DNA of 62,004 bases, filler included, from Actinomycetota bacterium (GTDB taxonomy: Bacteria; Actinomycetota; CADDZG01; JAHWKV01; JAOPZY01), in assembly GCA_025963875.1 (NCBI GenBank). It is 5 parts of 5 records of this genome, joined end to end, with 100 filler letters (N's around TTAATTAATTAA, not from the genome) between each part and the next. Parts side by side here need not be neighbours in the genome. Positions count along the whole stretch, not along the records: positions 19,933 to 27,812 come from JAOPZY010000246.1; positions 27,913 to 59,058 come from JAOPZY010000263.1; 3 more parts are not named here. The stretch is one strand, 5' to 3'. The number at the start of each line of letters is the position of its first letter. The stretch's first letter is position 1. A model generated the notes under the pieces. It saw only the letters and a program-made list of their open reading frames with translations. It was not told the DNA's origin and did no database searches. The translations under genes were made by a program, and so were the position numbers. This document shows, piece after piece, positions 19,833-29,695 of the stretch.

Positions 19833-19932
19833 NNNNNNNNNNNNNNNNNNNNNNNNNNNNNNNNNNNNNNNNNNNNTTAATTAATTAANNNNNNNNNNNN
19901 NNNNNNNNNNNNNNNNNNNNNNNNNNNNNNNN
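19833..19932. other. Artificial contig spacer
   Basis: N44-TTAATTAATTAA-N44. Confidence 0.99.
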
Positions 19933-20390
19933 CCACCGCGGTCGAGTTGATGCTCGGCCGCCCGCCGAGGGGCCGCTGGAAGGTGGCCCGCCGCTGCGCG
20001 TGCGGGCTTCCCCAGGTGATCGAGACCGAGCGCCACCTCGACGACGGCACCCCGTTCCCGACCCTGTGGTGGCTGACCTGCCGGTCGCTGTCCCGGGCCG
20101 TCGGACGCCTGGAGGCCAGCGGCTGGATGGCGGCGTTCAACGAGCGCCTCGCGACCGACCCCGAACTGGCCGAGGCCCTGCGAGCCGCCACCGAGGCCTA
20201 CGTTGCACGGCGCGACGCAGGAGATGAACCGGGGCCGGTCCGGCATCCGGGCGGCGGGGGCATGGTAGGGGGCAGGATCAAGTGCCTGCACGCCCACACT
20301 GCCCACCAGCTCGTCGCCGGCGACAACCCCGCAGGGGCCGAGGCCCTCACCGAACTGCGTTGGGAGGATCCTGCGGCACCGTGCGTGTGA
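19933..20390 (+). CDS. DUF501 family protein (5' partial)
   Basis: LGRPPRG, RCACGLP, DGTPFPTLWWLTC, IKCLHAH. Confidence 0.92.
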
Positions 20391-20437
20391 TGCGCCCGAT
20401 GCTGATTCAAACCCAGGCCTCGCACTAGACCGAGGGC

Positions 20438-20480
20438 CCGGGTGCAAAAAACCACCGTGGGGGTGGGAAATTGCACCCGG
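20438..20480. repeat. Intergenic hairpin with A-rich internal loop
   Basis: CCGGGTGCAA-AAAA-CCACC-GTGGG-GGTGG-GAAA-TTGCACCCGG. Confidence 0.75.
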
Positions 20481-20664
20481 CACCGGTCAGGGCGGCGCCA
20501 ACTCGGCCCGCACGCCGAGAAGCCGGACCGGCCGATCGAGGTCGAATCGGTCCAGCGCAGCCAGGAAGCCGCGCTCGCCCGGCTCTGTCCCGGTGCTGCC
20601 CGAGGGCAGCACCGGGGTATGGAGAGCCGAACGTTCCTGCCGAGAAGCTCGAACCCGAGATCGC

Positions 20665-22353
20665 TTACGGACAGTTGCCGATGTCGCTTTCGGACGAGGC
20701 GACGATGATGTTCGTCTGGGCGAGACCCGGGACGTTGACGGTCAGGTGGATTGCGTTGACAGTCAGGCCTCTATCCGGACCCCCGACGGGGATCTGCTCA
20801 TTGAGGACCAGGCTTACCCCGTCAACCGTCACGTGCGTGTTCGGAGAGACGTTGGTGGTCGCGACCACGGTGTTGCCCACCTTGAGGTTGGCGATCGTCG
20901 TGGTTCCGGTCGACCCCGCACAGGTGGTCGTCGACGTCGACTTGACCACCTGGAGCGTGATCGTCGGGAGCGTGGGGATGGATATGGTGGCATCGGCGAC
21001 GGACGCGCTGGCCGTCGATTTGCCCGGGAAGGCGACCGTGGTCACGTTGGCGCACAGCACATGGGCAGTCACCGGCCCGCTGAGCGTCGCCACGCACGGC
21101 GTCGTCGTGCTGGACGACGAGGTCGTGGAGATGAACCCTGTGTCCGGGGTCGGCGGCACGGTGATGTCGACATGCGGCACGTCCAGCGTGGCTCTGGCGC
21201 TCAGTCCAAAGGCCCGCCCCGTCAGGGTCTGACCGGTGACGACCACCTGTTCACTCCCGCACGACGAGGTAACAGGGGCGTTGTTGGCGTCCCCGTTGTA
21301 GGTGGCCGTCCAGTTGTAGGTACCGGCGGCGCCCACCGTCACAGGGCCGGAGGAAGCGCTGCCCCCGCTGAGCGTGCCGACCTTGGTGGCAAACGGGGTC
21401 CCGCTGCACGTGGTGTCGCCCGGACCGTACAGCTTGAAGGTCACGATCCCCGAGGGTGATGCCCCGCCCGAGACCGTGGCCGAGTCCGAGACGGTGCCGC
21501 CTGCGGGGACGGAACCCGAGGGCGTGGTGGCGATGGTGGGCCTGCCGTTGCCGCCGCCGCCACCGCCGCCCGCGCCGGCGCAGGTGCTCACCGTGTTGGT
21601 GTCCATGGTCACAGCCCCGGTGTCGGCATACAGGCCGCCGGTGCTACGGGCGCTCGTGTTGAGGGTGATGGAGGCGCTCGCCAGGATGTTGCCCACGAAG
21701 CTGGTGGCGGTGCCCAGTGTGGCGCTGCTGCCGACCTCCCAGGTGATGTTGTTGTTGTTGCAGGGAGGCGCCCCATTGATCAGCACGACCGCCGAGTTGC
21801 TCGCCGAGATGAGCGTGCTGCCGATCTTGAAGAGCCATGCGGCGGTGGAGCTTCCCCCGGCATCCAGGGTCAAGGTGCCGGTCAGTCCCACCGACGTGCT
21901 GGTGAAGCAGTAGACCCCGGGCGGCAGGGTCTGGCCGCCCAGGTCCGCGATGGACAGGGTGAAGTCGCAGGGCTCCCCCGAAGCCTGGACGAACGCCGTG
22001 TGAGCATCTGCATGGGCCGATGCGGCCGGGCCGTCGTTGGAGTGGATGTGAGTGGGCCCACCGACGACGGTGCCGGGTGGGAATCCTGTGATTGCCGTCC
22101 CAGGCGAGACGCCGATATCGCCGGTGACCACGGTGGGGCCGGTATTCGTGATCGTCGTGGCTGCAACCGCTGCGAAGTTCACAGCCGAGCCGAGCGACGG
22201 GGTGACGGCGGCAGCCTCCGCCGGGAGGGCGAGCAGGATTGGTGACAGCAGGAACGCGGTGGCCAGGGCGGCAAGTGTTCGCTTGGCGACGCTCCGGCGG
22301 TGATGCTCGGCTCTTGCGAATGCCTGAGCGATGCGACGTCGAATAAGTCTCAT
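20665..22353 (-). CDS. Secreted ice-binding protein (DUF3494) with Ig-like spacer and beta-rich C-terminal domain
   Basis: Signal peptide ending AEA; LGSAVNFAAVAATTITNTGPTVVTGDIGVSPGTAITGFPPG, DLGGQTLPPGVY, WEVGSSATLGT, FVGNILA. Confidence 0.9.
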   Translation of the reverse strand: MRLIRRRIAQAFARAEHHRRSVAKRTLAALATAFLLSPILLALPAEAAAVTPSLGSAVNFAAVAATTITNTGPTVVTGDIGVSPGTAITGFPPGTVVGGPTHIHSNDGPAASAHADAHTAFVQASGEPCDFTLSIADLGGQTLPPGVYCFTSTSVGLTGTLTLDAGGSSTAAWLFKIGSTLISASNSAVVLINGAPPCNNNNITWEVGSSATLGTATSFVGNILASASITLNTSARSTGGLYADTGAVTMDTNTVSTCAGAGGGGGGGNGRPTIATTPSGSVPAGGTVSDSATVSGGASPSGIVTFKLYGPGDTTCSGTPFATKVGTLSGGSASSGPVTVGAAGTYNWTATYNGDANNAPVTSSCGSEQVVVTGQTLTGRAFGLSARATLDVPHVDITVPPTPDTGFISTTSSSSTTTPCVATLSGPVTAHVLCANVTTVAFPGKSTASASVADATISIPTLPTITLQVVKSTSTTTCAGSTGTTTIANLKVGNTVVATTNVSPNTHVTVDGVSLVLNEQIPVGGPDRGLTVNAIHLTVNVPGLAQTNIIVASSESDIGNCP

Positions 22354-22880
22354 ATTCCCCCCGTATGAAGTTGTGTGGTGCGGACCTGGAGCACGTGAGT
22401 CGGGCTCGGAGCCGGGGCAGGACTGTTCGGGCCACAGGCGTCAAGCCCGAGACTGTGTTGGCCTCAACCTGGGTCACAGTTCCCTGGGGGTCCCCTGGTT
22501 GGGTGCAATGTCCCGCTGATTGTCGGCTCCGGTCACCTTCCTCGAACGACCTTCACCATCCACCCTGGCGGCGATCCCCGCCGCTGACTTTGGCGCCTCC
22601 TTTCCCCAATCCATCAACCTCACCCACGCCTCAGAGAGTCATCGAACTCTGGAGGGGCCGGTCGCGCCGGGGTCTGGGACGCGTCGGTCTTGTTCCGTGC
22701 GTGAGGAGCGGATCAGTTGTCCGATCCTGCAACCGTTTCGTGTGTTGCGCGAATTTCTGGAAACAGGAGACCGCTACGTTTGAGGAGTCATTGTGGCACG
22801 GTCATGGACGAAACGCAATAGAAATAGGACGCAACGCAATGGCCGTCCCACTCGGGCGGCCCTCGCTAACATGGCGCCGC

Positions 22881-23837
22881 GTGAACGGATCACCGGAAGG
22901 GTTGCGGGTGGCGGCGATCGATGCCGGCTCCAACACCACCCGGTTGCTCGTCGCCGACGTGGATGAGGGCAGCATCACCCATGTGGAACGGCGGCTGATC
23001 TTCACCCGCCTCGGCGAGGGGATCGACGCTACAGGTCGGTTGAACCCCCGGGGCATCAAGGCCACGGGGGCCGCCATCGCCGAGTTCGTCGATCGCTCCC
23101 GGAAGCTGGGGGCGGAGAGAATCCGCATCGCCGGGACCAGCGCCGTCCGGGAGGCGGCCAACGGCGAGGAGCTGCTCGCCGCGGTGAAGGCGGCGACCGG
23201 GCTCGACCTCGAGGTGCTGTCCGGCGAGGCCGAGGCGGCGCTCTCGTTCGCCGGGGCAACCCAGGACCTGCCCGCAGGTCGCTACCTGGTCTGCGACATC
23301 GGCGGGGGCTCGACGGAGCTCGCGGAAGGCCGGAAGGGCGCGACGGTTGACGAAGGCACCCTCATGGAGGGGGCGATCTCGCTCAAGCTCGGCGTGGTCC
23401 GCCTCACCGAGCGGCACCTTGCCCACGACCCGCCGACCCCCGAGGAGCTGGCCGCCCTGGAGGTGGACATCGACCGGACGCTGCAGGCGGCCGACGAGGT
23501 CCTGCCCCATGCGGCCTCTGCCGGGTTCGTGGGCGTCGCCGGCACCGTCACGTCGCTGGCGGCGATCCGCCTCGGCCCCGAGCACGACGACCCCGAGCGG
23601 GTCCACGGTTCCGAGCTAACCTGGGGCGACGTGGCCGGTCTGTACCGCCGGCTCGCCGGGATGTCCCTCCCCCAACGGGAGGCCCTCCCGGCGCTGCCGC
23701 CGGGGCGGTCCGACGTCATCGTCGCCGGGTGCGCCATCCTGACCAGGGTGATGGCCCGGTGGTCCTTCCCGGCGGTCCGGGTGTCGAGCAAAGATATCCT
23801 TGACGGCCTTGCGCTTGATCTTGCCGAACTAATTTGA
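22881..23837 (+). CDS. ppx: Ppx/GppA exopolyphosphatase (Ppx2-like)
   Basis: VAAIDAGSNTTRLL, GTSAVREAANG, CDIGGGSTE, GVAGTVTSL; TAACAT -10 just upstream of GTG. Confidence 0.93.
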   Translation: MNGSPEGLRVAAIDAGSNTTRLLVADVDEGSITHVERRLIFTRLGEGIDATGRLNPRGIKATGAAIAEFVDRSRKLGAERIRIAGTSAVREAANGEELLAAVKAATGLDLEVLSGEAEAALSFAGATQDLPAGRYLVCDIGGGSTELAEGRKGATVDEGTLMEGAISLKLGVVRLTERHLAHDPPTPEELAALEVDIDRTLQAADEVLPHAASAGFVGVAGTVTSLAAIRLGPEHDDPERVHGSELTWGDVAGLYRRLAGMSLPQREALPALPPGRSDVIVAGCAILTRVMARWSFPAVRVSSKDILDGLALDLAELI

Positions 23838-23869
23838 GTCTCTTTGGCCCACTGATCGGGGGTTTGTAG

Positions 23870-24712
23870 GTGTCGAAAGCAGCGAAGCGTGCGCGGAAGA
23901 AGGAGGGCCGGCAGGCCCGCATCGAAGCCGAGAAGAAGGCAGCTGCCCGGCGGCGGAACCGTAACCGCAACATCGTGCTGGGCGTCGTGCTGGTCCTGCT
24001 CCTCGGCTACCTCGGCCTGAATCAGCTCCTGGCGAAGCCGAAGAAGAAGGTCAACACCACGACCCCGCCGGTGGCCACCTCGACGGTCACGTCCTCGGCG
24101 ACGCCGACCCTCAGCCCCTCCGCCCCCGCCGGCGTCACCGGCACCGCCGCCGCCTGCTCGACCACCAAGCCGGCCCGCGGCGGGACGGTCAGCCAGCCCA
24201 CCCCACCGCCGATGACGGTGTCGCCGTCCAAGATCTACACCGCCACCATCGTCACGTCCTGCGGGACCGTTGTCGTGGCCCTCGACGCAAAGGACTCGCC
24301 GAACACGGTGAACTCGTTCGCCTATCTGGCGAGCAAGGGCTTCTACGACGGCCTGACCTTCCACCGGGTCGCCAAGGACTTCGCGGTGCAGGGTGGGGAC
24401 CCCGCCGGCACCGGCAGCGGGGGCCCCGGTTACAGCGTGCAGGACAATGTGCCCGCAGGCGTCACGTACACGATGGGGACCGTCGCCATGGCGAAGACCG
24501 GCTCCGAGCCCCCGGGGACCTCGGGCAGCCAGTTCTTCATCGTGCCGACCGCCGGCGCGTCGCGCGGCTACACCCCGGACTACGCGATCCTTGGCCACGT
24601 CACGTCCGGCCAGGACGCCGTCACGAAGATGAACGCCCTGGCGCCCGCCTCCGGCGACGGGCCACCCGTCCAGCCCATCTACATCGAGAAGATTACGGTC
24701 ACCTCGTCGTAG
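23870..24712 (+). CDS. Membrane-anchored cyclophilin-type peptidyl-prolyl isomerase
   Basis: Basic N-terminus plus TM; PNTVNSF, GFYDGLTFHRV, QGGDP, GSQFFI. Confidence 0.93.
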   Translation: MSKAAKRARKKEGRQARIEAEKKAAARRRNRNRNIVLGVVLVLLLGYLGLNQLLAKPKKKVNTTTPPVATSTVTSSATPTLSPSAPAGVTGTAAACSTTKPARGGTVSQPTPPPMTVSPSKIYTATIVTSCGTVVVALDAKDSPNTVNSFAYLASKGFYDGLTFHRVAKDFAVQGGDPAGTGSGGPGYSVQDNVPAGVTYTMGTVAMAKTGSEPPGTSGSQFFIVPTAGASRGYTPDYAILGHVTSGQDAVTKMNALAPASGDGPPVQPIYIEKITVTSS

Positions 24713-25196
24713 GCCCTTGCTTGGTTCGGGGGATCACGCTCACCGTGCCGTCGGTCTCCAGGATCGCCTCCTGGCACTCGCCGGCACTGCGGTAGCCTCG
24801 AGCTCGGAGTGCCTCCTGGAGGTCGGTGTGGGTCATCCCCACGCGGCGCAGGTGTTCGTCGACCGGGCTGCCCTCGTGCACCAGCAACACCGGCCCCCCG
24901 CCGACAAGGTGGCGGAGGCGCTCCGAGTGGAGGAACGTCACAGTCAGGATGCGGTTGAGGACCAGCAGAGTCGCGGCGCTGGCCAGACCTGCGGGCAGCG
25001 AGACGTCCCCGTGGATCATGGCGGTCTCGACCGCGCTGCCGAGCGTGAGCACCACCACGAGGTCGATGACGGTCAGCTGCCCGAGCTGCCGGCGGCCGAA
25101 GAGCCGCAGCAGCACGATGAGGAACAGGTAGATCACCGCCGTGGACCCTGCGACGATGGCGATCGATCGCACCCCCGCAGGCAGACCCGCGGCCAT
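24699..25196 (-). CDS. DUF421/YetF-family membrane protein, paralog 1
   Basis: LRLFGRRQLGQLTVIDLV, AILETDGTVSVI. Confidence 0.9.
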   Translation of the reverse strand: MAAGLPAGVRSIAIVAGSTAVIYLFLIVLLRLFGRRQLGQLTVIDLVVVLTLGSAVETAMIHGDVSLPAGLASAATLLVLNRILTVTFLHSERLRHLVGGGPVLLVHEGSPVDEHLRRVGMTHTDLQEALRARGYRSAGECQEAILETDGTVSVIPRTKQGPTTR

Positions 25197-25209
25197 AATT
25201 GGGCCAGTC

Positions 25210-25740
25210 ATGTTGCGTGACATCTTCGACCATCCGAGCGCCACCGGCGCGGCGCTCATCGCTGCCAAGGCGGCGATCGTCTACCTCTCCCTGATCGTCG
25301 GGCTCCGGTTGCTGGGAAAACGCGAGCTCGGGCAGATGAGCCTCTACGACTTCGTCATGGTCGTCATCCTCGGCAACGCCGTGCAGAATGCCATGCTCGG
25401 CACGGACGTCACCCTCGGTGGCGGCCTGGTCGCCGCCGCGGTTCTCCTCCTGATGAACAGGGGTTTCAACGAGCTCATCGAAGCATCCCCGCGGGTCGAG
25501 CACCTGCTCGTCGGCGAGCCGGTCCTCATCCTGCACGATGGCAGGGTGCTCGAGGAACGCATGAAGAAAAACGGCATCTCCCTGGACCAGCTGATGGCCG
25601 CGCTGCGCGAGCACGGGTACGAGAAGCTCGAGAACGTGCACATGGCGGTGCTGGAGGTCGACGGCACCATCAGCATCGTGCCGGAGGGTGCTGGCGTGCA
25701 CCGCACCAAGCGCCACTTCAAGCAGCTGAGGCTGCCGTGA
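25210..25740 (+). CDS. DUF421/YetF-family membrane protein, paralog 2
   Basis: GLRLLGKRELGQMSLYDFV, AVLEVDGTISIV. Confidence 0.92.
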   Translation: MLRDIFDHPSATGAALIAAKAAIVYLSLIVGLRLLGKRELGQMSLYDFVMVVILGNAVQNAMLGTDVTLGGGLVAAAVLLLMNRGFNELIEASPRVEHLLVGEPVLILHDGRVLEERMKKNGISLDQLMAALREHGYEKLENVHMAVLEVDGTISIVPEGAGVHRTKRHFKQLRLP

Positions 25741-26279
25741 GCGCCCTGCCGCCGATCACTGCCCACAGCCTGGAGGTCCAGGCGGCCAAGACCGTGGTGG
25801 TCTTCGCGGTGGTCGCCACGGGGTTGCGCCTGCTGGGCAAGCGGGAGACGAGCCAACTCAACGTGTACGACCTTGCCATGCTGATGGCTCTCGCCAATGC
25901 CGTGCAGAACGCCATAACCGGCGGCAAGGGCAACCTCGCGGTGGGGCTCGTCACCTCGTCGGTCCTCGTGCTCGTCGCCTGGGGCGTGACGAAGCTGATC
26001 GTGCGAAAGCCAGGCCTGGAGCGGGCGTTGGTCGGATCGCCGACGATCCTGATCCACCGGGGCACCATCCTTCCCGGCCGGCTCCGAGGCCAGGGCGTCA
26101 GCCTCCAGGAGCTCCAGGCCGCAGCAAGGGGCTACGGCATCTCGGACCTCGCATTGGTGCACACCTGCGTGCTCGAGGTGGACGGCTCGATCAGCGTGAT
26201 CCCCTACCCCGACGCCGGTCGGGATCACTCGGAGCACCACCCCCGTCCGCAGAGCCCGGACGAGCCCGGGGAGGGCTGA
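25737..26279 (+). CDS. DUF421/YetF-family membrane protein, paralog 3
   Basis: GLRLLGKRETSQLNVYDL, VLEVDGSISVI; GTGA overlap. Confidence 0.92.
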   Translation: MSALPPITAHSLEVQAAKTVVVFAVVATGLRLLGKRETSQLNVYDLAMLMALANAVQNAITGGKGNLAVGLVTSSVLVLVAWGVTKLIVRKPGLERALVGSPTILIHRGTILPGRLRGQGVSLQELQAAARGYGISDLALVHTCVLEVDGSISVIPYPDAGRDHSEHHPRPQSPDEPGEG

Positions 26280-26280
26280 C

Positions 26281-27753
26281 GTGGCTCCCAGCGCCGCCGC
26301 CCGGACGGTGCGGATGGGGACGGCGACCGGCCGGTGGGTGATCGTCGCCACCGTCCTCGGCTCCGGGATCGCGTTCCTGGACGGCACGGTCGTCAACGTC
26401 GCTCTTCCCGCGATCGCCCGCAATCTCCATGCCGGGGTGGCCGGGTTGCAGTGGACCCTCGACTCCTACCTCATCACCCTCACCGCCCTGATGCTGCTCG
26501 GCGGCTCTCTCGGCGACATCTACGGGCGGCGGCTGGTCTTCGTGGCCGGGCTGACGGCGTTCGGCGCCGCCTCGGCCCTCTGCGCGCTCGCCCCCACCAT
26601 CGGCGTACTGGTCGCGGCCCGGGCGGTCCAGGGGATGGCGGGCGCCCTGCTCGTGCCGAGCAGCCTGTCGATCATCTCCGCCTCGTTCCATCCGGACGAC
26701 CGCGCCCGGGCGGTGGGGGCCTGGTCGGGCCTGGCGGGCGTCTCGACCGCCGTGGGGCCTTTCCTCGGTGGGTGGCTCGTCGACACCGGATCGTGGCGGC
26801 TGGTCTTCCTCATCAACGTCCCGCTGGCCGCCGCGGCGATTGCCATCGCACTCCGCCACGTGCCCGAGACGCGGGAGGAGACGATGGAACGCCACGTCGA
26901 CATCCCGGGTGCCCTGACGGCCACCGTCGGCCTGGCCGCCCTGTGCTACGCGGTCATCGACGGAGCGCGCCAGTTCGGCCCCATCCAGATCGGGGCAACC
27001 GTCGCCGGCGCGGCGAGCCTGCTCGCCTTCGTGGCCATCGAGCGCCGGCAGCGCCAGCCGATGATGCCCCTCAACCTGTTCCGGTCCCGCCAGTTCACCG
27101 GCGCGAACCTGACGACGCTGGCGGTGTACACCGGCCTCGGAGGGGCGTTCTTCCTGGTGGTGCTCGAGCTGCAGATCGCGCTCGGCTACTCGGCGCTCGC
27201 CGCCGGGGTGTCGCTGATCCCGGTCACCCTCATCATGCTCGCCCTGTCGGCACGGTTCGGGGCGCTTGCACAGAAAACGGGACCGCGCCTGCCCATGACG
27301 GTGGGACCGCTCATCGTGGCGGCGGGGCTGGTGCTGTTCTCCCGCATCCACCCCGGCACCCGCTACTTCCCCGACGTCCTGCTCGCCGCCGTCGTCTTCG
27401 GGCTGGGCCTGGCGATGACGGTGGCCCCGCTGACCGCCGCCGTGCTGGCGTCGGTCGACGACGCCCACGTGGGCGTTGGCTCCGCGGTCAACAACGCGGT
27501 GGCCCGGCTCGCCGGCCTCCTGTCGGTGGCGGTGCTCCCCACGCTCGTCGGCCTGCAGACGTCGCCGGCGGCCGCGCTGACGAGGGGCTTCCACGAGGCG
27601 ATGCTCATCGCAGCAGCCTTCGCAGCCTCGGGGGGCCTGATCGCCTACGCCACCATCCGCCGTTCAGTACCGGTGCGAGCGACGACCCAGCCGTCGCTGC
27701 TGCAGCCCTGCCACGCGCCGGAACTCGTTGCGAGGGGCAAGGACGCCGCCTGA
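26281..27753 (+). CDS. MFS transporter, DHA2 (EmrB/QacA-like)
   Basis: LDGTVVNVALP, GSLGDIYGRR, WRLVFLINVP; about 14 TM. Confidence 0.93.
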   Translation: MAPSAAARTVRMGTATGRWVIVATVLGSGIAFLDGTVVNVALPAIARNLHAGVAGLQWTLDSYLITLTALMLLGGSLGDIYGRRLVFVAGLTAFGAASALCALAPTIGVLVAARAVQGMAGALLVPSSLSIISASFHPDDRARAVGAWSGLAGVSTAVGPFLGGWLVDTGSWRLVFLINVPLAAAAIAIALRHVPETREETMERHVDIPGALTATVGLAALCYAVIDGARQFGPIQIGATVAGAASLLAFVAIERRQRQPMMPLNLFRSRQFTGANLTTLAVYTGLGGAFFLVVLELQIALGYSALAAGVSLIPVTLIMLALSARFGALAQKTGPRLPMTVGPLIVAAGLVLFSRIHPGTRYFPDVLLAAVVFGLGLAMTVAPLTAAVLASVDDAHVGVGSAVNNAVARLAGLLSVAVLPTLVGLQTSPAAALTRGFHEAMLIAAAFAASGGLIAYATIRRSVPVRATTQPSLLQPCHAPELVARGKDAA

Positions 27754-27761
27754 GTCGGACC

Positions 27762-27809
27762 GAGGTCCGGAACTTTTCGCGTGCATACACGCGTTTTTTT
27801 CCGGACTTC
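27762..27809. repeat. REP-like hairpin at the contig end
   Basis: GTCCGGAA...CGCGTG-CATA-CACGCG...TTCCGGAC with T-rich internal loop (A-rich on the - strand). Confidence 0.75.
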
Positions 27810-27812
27810 CCG

Positions 27813-27912
27813 NNNNNNNNNNNNNNNNNNNNNNNNNNNNNNNNNNNNNNNNNNNNTTAATTAATTAANNNNNNNNNNNNNNNNNNNNNNNNNNNNNNNN
27901 NNNNNNNNNNNN
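27813..27912. other. Artificial contig spacer
   Basis: N44-TTAATTAATTAA-N44. Confidence 0.99.
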
Positions 27913-28637
27913 TGTCGGTCAAGGGCGACCGGGGCCAGCTCGCACTCAAGGACGTGACCCTGTCCGTCCGCAAGGGCGAGATCCTCGGCATCGCGGGCGT
28001 GTCGGGCAACGGGCAGCGGGAGCTCTACGACGTGGCGCTGGGCCTGCGGGCCCCCGTCGCCGGGTCGGTGAGGATCGGCACCACCGACGTGTCGGGGGGC
28101 GGCCCCACCGCCGCGATCGAGGCCGGGGCGGTCGGTGTCCCCGAGGACCCGGTGACCGACGCAGTCGTGCCGGGCCTCAGCGTCACCGAGCACATGGCCC
28201 TGGGGAACCTGAAGAGCTTCCGCAAGGGCCTCGGCATCGACTGGAAGTCGGTGCGGACGAACCTCGGAACGTTGGAGGACAAGGCGCAGCTCCGGATGCA
28301 GGGCGGGGAGCGGACGCTGGCCGACCTCTCCGGCGGCAACATCCAGCGGGTCATGCTGACCCGGGCCCTCGCGACGCCGGCCCCCTTCGTGGCCGCCGCC
28401 TACCCGAGCCGGGGCCTGGACGTCGCCACGACGCGGCGCACCCAGGAGCTGCTGCTGGAGCAACGGGCTTCGGGGGCAGGCGTCCTGTTCATCTCCGAGG
28501 ACCTCGACGAGCTGATGGAGCTGTCCGACCGCATCGCGGTGCTGCACAGCGGATCGGTGGCGGGAATCGTCGATCCGAAGGAAACCGACCGTTACGAAAT
28601 CGGTCGACTGATGCTGGGGGGAGGTGGAGAGGCTTGA
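27913..28637 (+). CDS. ABC transporter ATP-binding protein, nucleoside/CUT2-type (5' partial)
   Basis: GIAGVSGNGQREL, LSGGNIQR, PSRGLDV, ISEDLDEL. Confidence 0.92.
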
Positions 28638-29695
28638 GCGTCATCAGCTCGGCATTGCGCCCACCGAAGCTGCGGTCTGCGGGCCGTGAGGCCGGCCGCC
28701 TCGCCCTGGCCTTCGCAGGGGCGCTGGTTGTCTTCGGGGCCTTCGTCATCGCCAAGGGGGCCAACCCCCTCACGGTCTACTCGGACATGGTGCGGTCGAC
28801 GTTCCTGAACTCGAACTCCATTGCCGGGGTTCTCGTCAAAGCCTGTCCCCTCATCCTCGGCGCCCTCGCCGTCGCCGTCCCTGCCCGGGCCGGTCTCGTC
28901 AACGTGGGGGGTGAGGGGCAGATCGTCATCGGCGCCGTCGCCGCCGGAGGGGTGGCCCTTGCATTGGACACCCACCTCCCCGGCGGCATGGTGATTCTGC
29001 TGATGATGCTGGCGGGGGCTGCGGCCGGCGCTCTGTGGGCGGGCATCGCCGGCCTCCTCCGCCTGACCCTCCGGGTCAACGAGGCGATCAGCACCCTGCT
29101 CCTCAACTACGTGGCCATCGACATCCTGCTCTACCTGATCTACCAGCCGTGGAAGGACATGCACGGCTCCGGCCAGCCCGTCACCCGCCAGCTTGCGGTC
29201 GCCGCCCGCCTGCCGCTGATCGGCGGCACCCAGGTGCACTTCGGCATCTTCATCGCCATCGCCGCCACGCTGGTCATCTGGTTCCTGATGGAGCGGACCT
29301 CCTGGGGGTTCCGCCTCCGGGTGGTCGGCGGCAACAGCGAGGCGGCCCGCCGCGCGGGCCTGCCGGTGAGCGCGCTCCTGCTGTCGGCCATGCTGGTGGG
29401 CGGTGCGCTCGCCGGGCTGGGCGGCATGGTGCACTACGCCGGGGCCGAGCTCCAGCTCCGGGCCGGCATGACCGCGAACCTCGGCTACATCGCCTTCCTG
29501 GCGAGCTGGCTGGCACGCCATAAGCCGATCCGTGTCGCCGTCGCCGCGCTCCTCCTGGCGTCGATCGCCGTGGCGGGCGACAGCCTGCAGATCAACTCGG
29601 CCCTACCCGCCGCCACGGTCAACGTCCTCATGGGCCTAGTGCTCGTCGCCGTCATGGGCGGATGGGGCCTGCGCAAGAAGGCGGTGGTCGCATGA
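28634..29695 (+). CDS. ABC transporter permease 1 (NupB-like)
   Basis: RAGLVNVGGEGQ, NEAISTLLLNY, multiple TM. Confidence 0.92.
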   Translation: MSVISSALRPPKLRSAGREAGRLALAFAGALVVFGAFVIAKGANPLTVYSDMVRSTFLNSNSIAGVLVKACPLILGALAVAVPARAGLVNVGGEGQIVIGAVAAGGVALALDTHLPGGMVILLMMLAGAAAGALWAGIAGLLRLTLRVNEAISTLLLNYVAIDILLYLIYQPWKDMHGSGQPVTRQLAVAARLPLIGGTQVHFGIFIAIAATLVIWFLMERTSWGFRLRVVGGNSEAARRAGLPVSALLLSAMLVGGALAGLGGMVHYAGAELQLRAGMTANLGYIAFLASWLARHKPIRVAVAALLLASIAVAGDSLQINSALPAATVNVLMGLVLVAVMGGWGLRKKAVVA

